A DNA stretch of 64,000 nt from Centroscyllium fabricii (Eukaryota). The stretch is from positions 23,312,001-23,376,000 of the forward strand of contig JBNRSN020000029.1 of the NCBI GenBank assembly GCA_051313645.2. Direction: 5' to 3'. Shown in pieces: positions 61,057-64,000 of this stretch. A program made the translations under genes and the position numbers. How positions within the stretch are numbered: position 1 is the stretch's first letter; the number at the start of each line of letters is the position of its first letter. The notes under the pieces are model-generated. The model had not been told where the DNA came from, did not search any database, and saw nothing but the letters and a program-made list of their open reading frames with translations.

Positions 61057-61912
61057 GGGCCAGAATTTCGTCTGTGCGGGTTGGTGCGTGCGCTAGGACC
61101 CTGCGGAAACCTATCGCACGCACCAACATCGCACAGAAGTTGCACCCTGACTTTCCTCCCCGTTCCTGCGCTGCGTGGCAGTCCAGCCACGCTGGGAGCG
61201 CAGATGATACGCTGCCGTCGTGCGTGGGCATCAGTGATGCCCCGCCCCCAGATCACCGATTTACATTAAAAAACGCCCCCAGATCCCCAATTTAAATTAA
61301 AAAACTCCCCCGTTTTAGAGTCGGACCCGGTAGGGAGCAGGGACGTGAGGCGCTGCAGCCACAGACTCGGCGGGGAGCAGCGCGGGCAGAGCAGCTTCTC
61401 AGGGGAAGAAACGCAAGGTAAGTCTCTGCCATTTTTTCTCTTAGATTTTTTACAATAGCTAGATAGTTAAAAATTTCAGAAATTTAACTTTAAAAATTAG
61501 CGATTTGAAACAGGTAAATTAACTTAAAATCGGATTTGTAATTAAAAAAAAAACTTTAACTTAAAAATTTAACGCTACCGATCTGGCCGCATTACTCCCC
61601 AAAACTGTAAAAAAATTAAAATTACAGTTAAAAAATTAACTTACCTGCTTTAGTAACTAAATCTTGTCCCTCACGAACGAGTTACTACTGTTTCTCCCGG
61701 GTGCAGCTTGTGGGCCAGTTGCCCACAGAATCACTCACCAAAAATCACCCTTTTTGGATTCCAAATTCTGGGTGCAACTCACTCCTGCGTTTGATGCTGA
61801 GGGCCCTTCTCCCTCAGCATTCGAAATCTCCGTTCCGTAGGCATCCCGCACGGGGCATTTTGGCCCCCTCCGTGAGTGTGCAGCTACTGTGGTCAACACG
61901 AAATTCTGGCCC
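61057..61912. mobile_element. Harbinger-like MITE (copy of 12142) with perfect 14-bp TIR
   Basis: GGGCCAGAATTTCG...CGAAATTCTGGCCC, flanked by GAT on both sides. Confidence 0.88.
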
Positions 61913-63722
61913 GATGTAAGGAAGCGCTTCTTCACCCCGAGGTTAGTGGGAATCTGGAACACTCTCCGACAAAATGCTGTTGAGGCTGGGGTCAATTGCC
62001 AATTTTAAAATTGAGGTGGATAGATTTTTGTAAGGCGAGGATCTGAAGGTTTATGGAGTGAGAGCAGGTAATAGGAGTTAAGACACAGATCAGCCAAGAT
62101 CGACTTGAATATCGGAGCAGGCTCGACTGCTCAATGGGCCCCCTCCTGTTTCTATGTTCCTATGATTGAAACAGTTGTAAACACACGTTGCATTTTATTT
62201 ATATTTAGCAGCAAATATATTCATGCTGTGCGCAACTCTGCTGTGTTGAGAGCCAACACACCGCTGCTGATATGTGCCACCGTTGTCGTAAAATGGCTGA
62301 TGATCTGCGTTGTAACCGCAGCAGCCTCGGCGCGAATCCCTCTTACAGCCCAGCTCGCTTTATGTCGTCTGTACTCTGATAGACCTGGGACACATCAGTA
62401 TTTACCACCTGAAGAAATGTGTCTTGTTGGTGATGAAAACCTATTTACTCCTTCAAATTCCCGCGCTCTCACAGGCCTGTGTTATTGCTCCATAATACAA
62501 CCCCGGCAACGTTATCTTCCTTCCACAATCGCCAGACTCCTTTACTTTCCTCCTTCCATTTCATTGTCACTTTGCTGCGGTACTGCGTAATCTAACATTC
62601 ACTTTCAGCTGTTTACCCCGTATTTTTGATCTGCTACCACCGCTGCTTTGGGCACAGGACCCATTAGCACCAATGTGCCTTACAATCAGTCGATTCATTT
62701 AGATATGTGGGACTGCTCGACAGAGAAGTGCTGGAAAAATGGGGCCGGCCTTCGGACGGAAAGCGGCCCGATTTTTCATGACATTTTCTTAGGGAATCTT
62801 GTGATCCAGGGCCTTAACTGAAGAACTGGATTTCATTATCGTGCTGGTTGGCGCTTTTCAAAAAGCAGTTGAGATGCGTAAATGACGGGCAGCGCCAGCT
62901 CGCTGCCAAGGAGGATTTAAATGTGAAACTTCGGCCGCTGGGGCGGTGCAGGAAGATCGAATGTGATACGACTTAATCTTTACAGGTCTTTTGAATTGTG
63001 CGATTGAAACAATCAATGGAAACACGAAAAGGGCACTAGTGGGTGAAAGCAGCGATTACAAGAGGTTGGCCATAATTGAAAGGTCTTTGAATGTCCGTGG
63101 TGCGGGACGCTGTGTTCATTATGAAGAGCGGGAGCAGAATAAAGTTTAAAAGAAATGAAATGTACAAAGTTGGTGCCAATCAGAAAACTGCGCTGGCCTG
63201 AAATTGATAGAAAGTATGAAATTAATTTAATTTTCAATTGATAAAGTAAACCATTGTTCCAGCTTCCAAGGCTGGATTGCTCTTTGTTGGCCGGCGGGGC
63301 CATGTTGGGCCGAAAGGGCCTCCTTTCGTGCTGTAACCTTCTATGATTCTATGATTCCTCATCGTTTGATTTTCCCGTTAATCTTTCAAGTATTGTAAAG
63401 CCCCTGTAGATGGAGTTCGCTCTCATCTTCTCCCATCGATGTGACAATGAAACAGGAGGAGGCGAGGATTGCCCCGAACAGCAGAGCTGGGCACTGACTC
63501 TGGTTCTATTGCTGCAGAAGTTGTTCAGTTCCTCTAAAGATTGCCCTCACCATTGAAACGCCTGTTATAACTCACTGGCTTGAAACGGTCTATGTTATAA
63601 TAAGTTGGAAAGTTTCAATCAAATAGATTTTAATACATCTGCAGAAAGACGAGGTTAGGATTGGAACTGGTAAGCTTTTGATCACAGAGTCAACATCAAA
63701 ATCATGCTTCATGTCAAATAAT

Positions 63723-64000
63723 GCAGGAAAGTGCGAACAAGCGAGGCCCAGAGCACAGCGGCAGCGCGACGTGGAGCGGACCTAGGGGGGGTCCCATAGT
63801 CGGCGGCGGCGGCGGAAATAGCAGCGAGGAGGCGGCTACAAAAGTCGCCGAGGAGCGAGGCCCAGAGCACAGCGGCAGCGAGGCCCAGAGCACAGCGGCA
63901 GCGCGACGTGGAGCGGACCTATGGGGGTCACATAGTCGGCGGTGGCGGCGGAAATAGCAGCGAGGAGGCGGCTACAAAAGTCGCCGAGGAGCGAGGCCCA
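63723..64000 (+). mobile_element. 5'UTR monomers of the CR1 (copy of 14810), cut by the window edge
   Basis: Duplicate sequence. Confidence 0.9.

Larger units (their letters stand above)
48918..64000 (+). repeat. Copy B of the ~48.9-kb-period duplication; repeats all features of 1-15087 and runs off the window
   Basis: Colinear and nearly identical to 1-15087. Confidence 0.97.

Overview
Eukaryotic, repeat-dominated DNA with no intact host protein gene. The repeats (HE1-like V-SINEs, Deu-domain SINEs, CR1 LINEs with SGNH-esterase ORF1, Penelope-like fragments) point to a cartilaginous fish (inference). The window is a decaying multi-isotype tRNA gene cluster (Thr, His, Ser, Arg, Pro, Ile, Leu, Val, Lys, Phe). 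It is built from repeatedly duplicated and inverted 1-2.5 kb cassettes, and the whole block is repeated with a period of about 48.9 kb (1-15087 recurs at 48918-64000, about 99% identical by eye). Main observations: (1) tRNA-Pro(TGG) and tRNA-Arg(TCG) gene families carry 16-19 nt inserts at the canonical 37/38 intron site, mostly with the anticodon-intron pair, although these isotypes are normally intron-less in vertebrates; (2) the Pro gene is nested antisense inside a split tRNA-Ser gene; (3) a 91-bp insertion carries a minimal hammerhead ribozyme between 16-bp direct repeats; (4) two divergent CR1 elements share a 55-nt structured 5'UTR block. Most tRNA copies are pseudogenes. Reference sequences were compared from memory, and coordinates were read by eye (repeat boundaries approximate).
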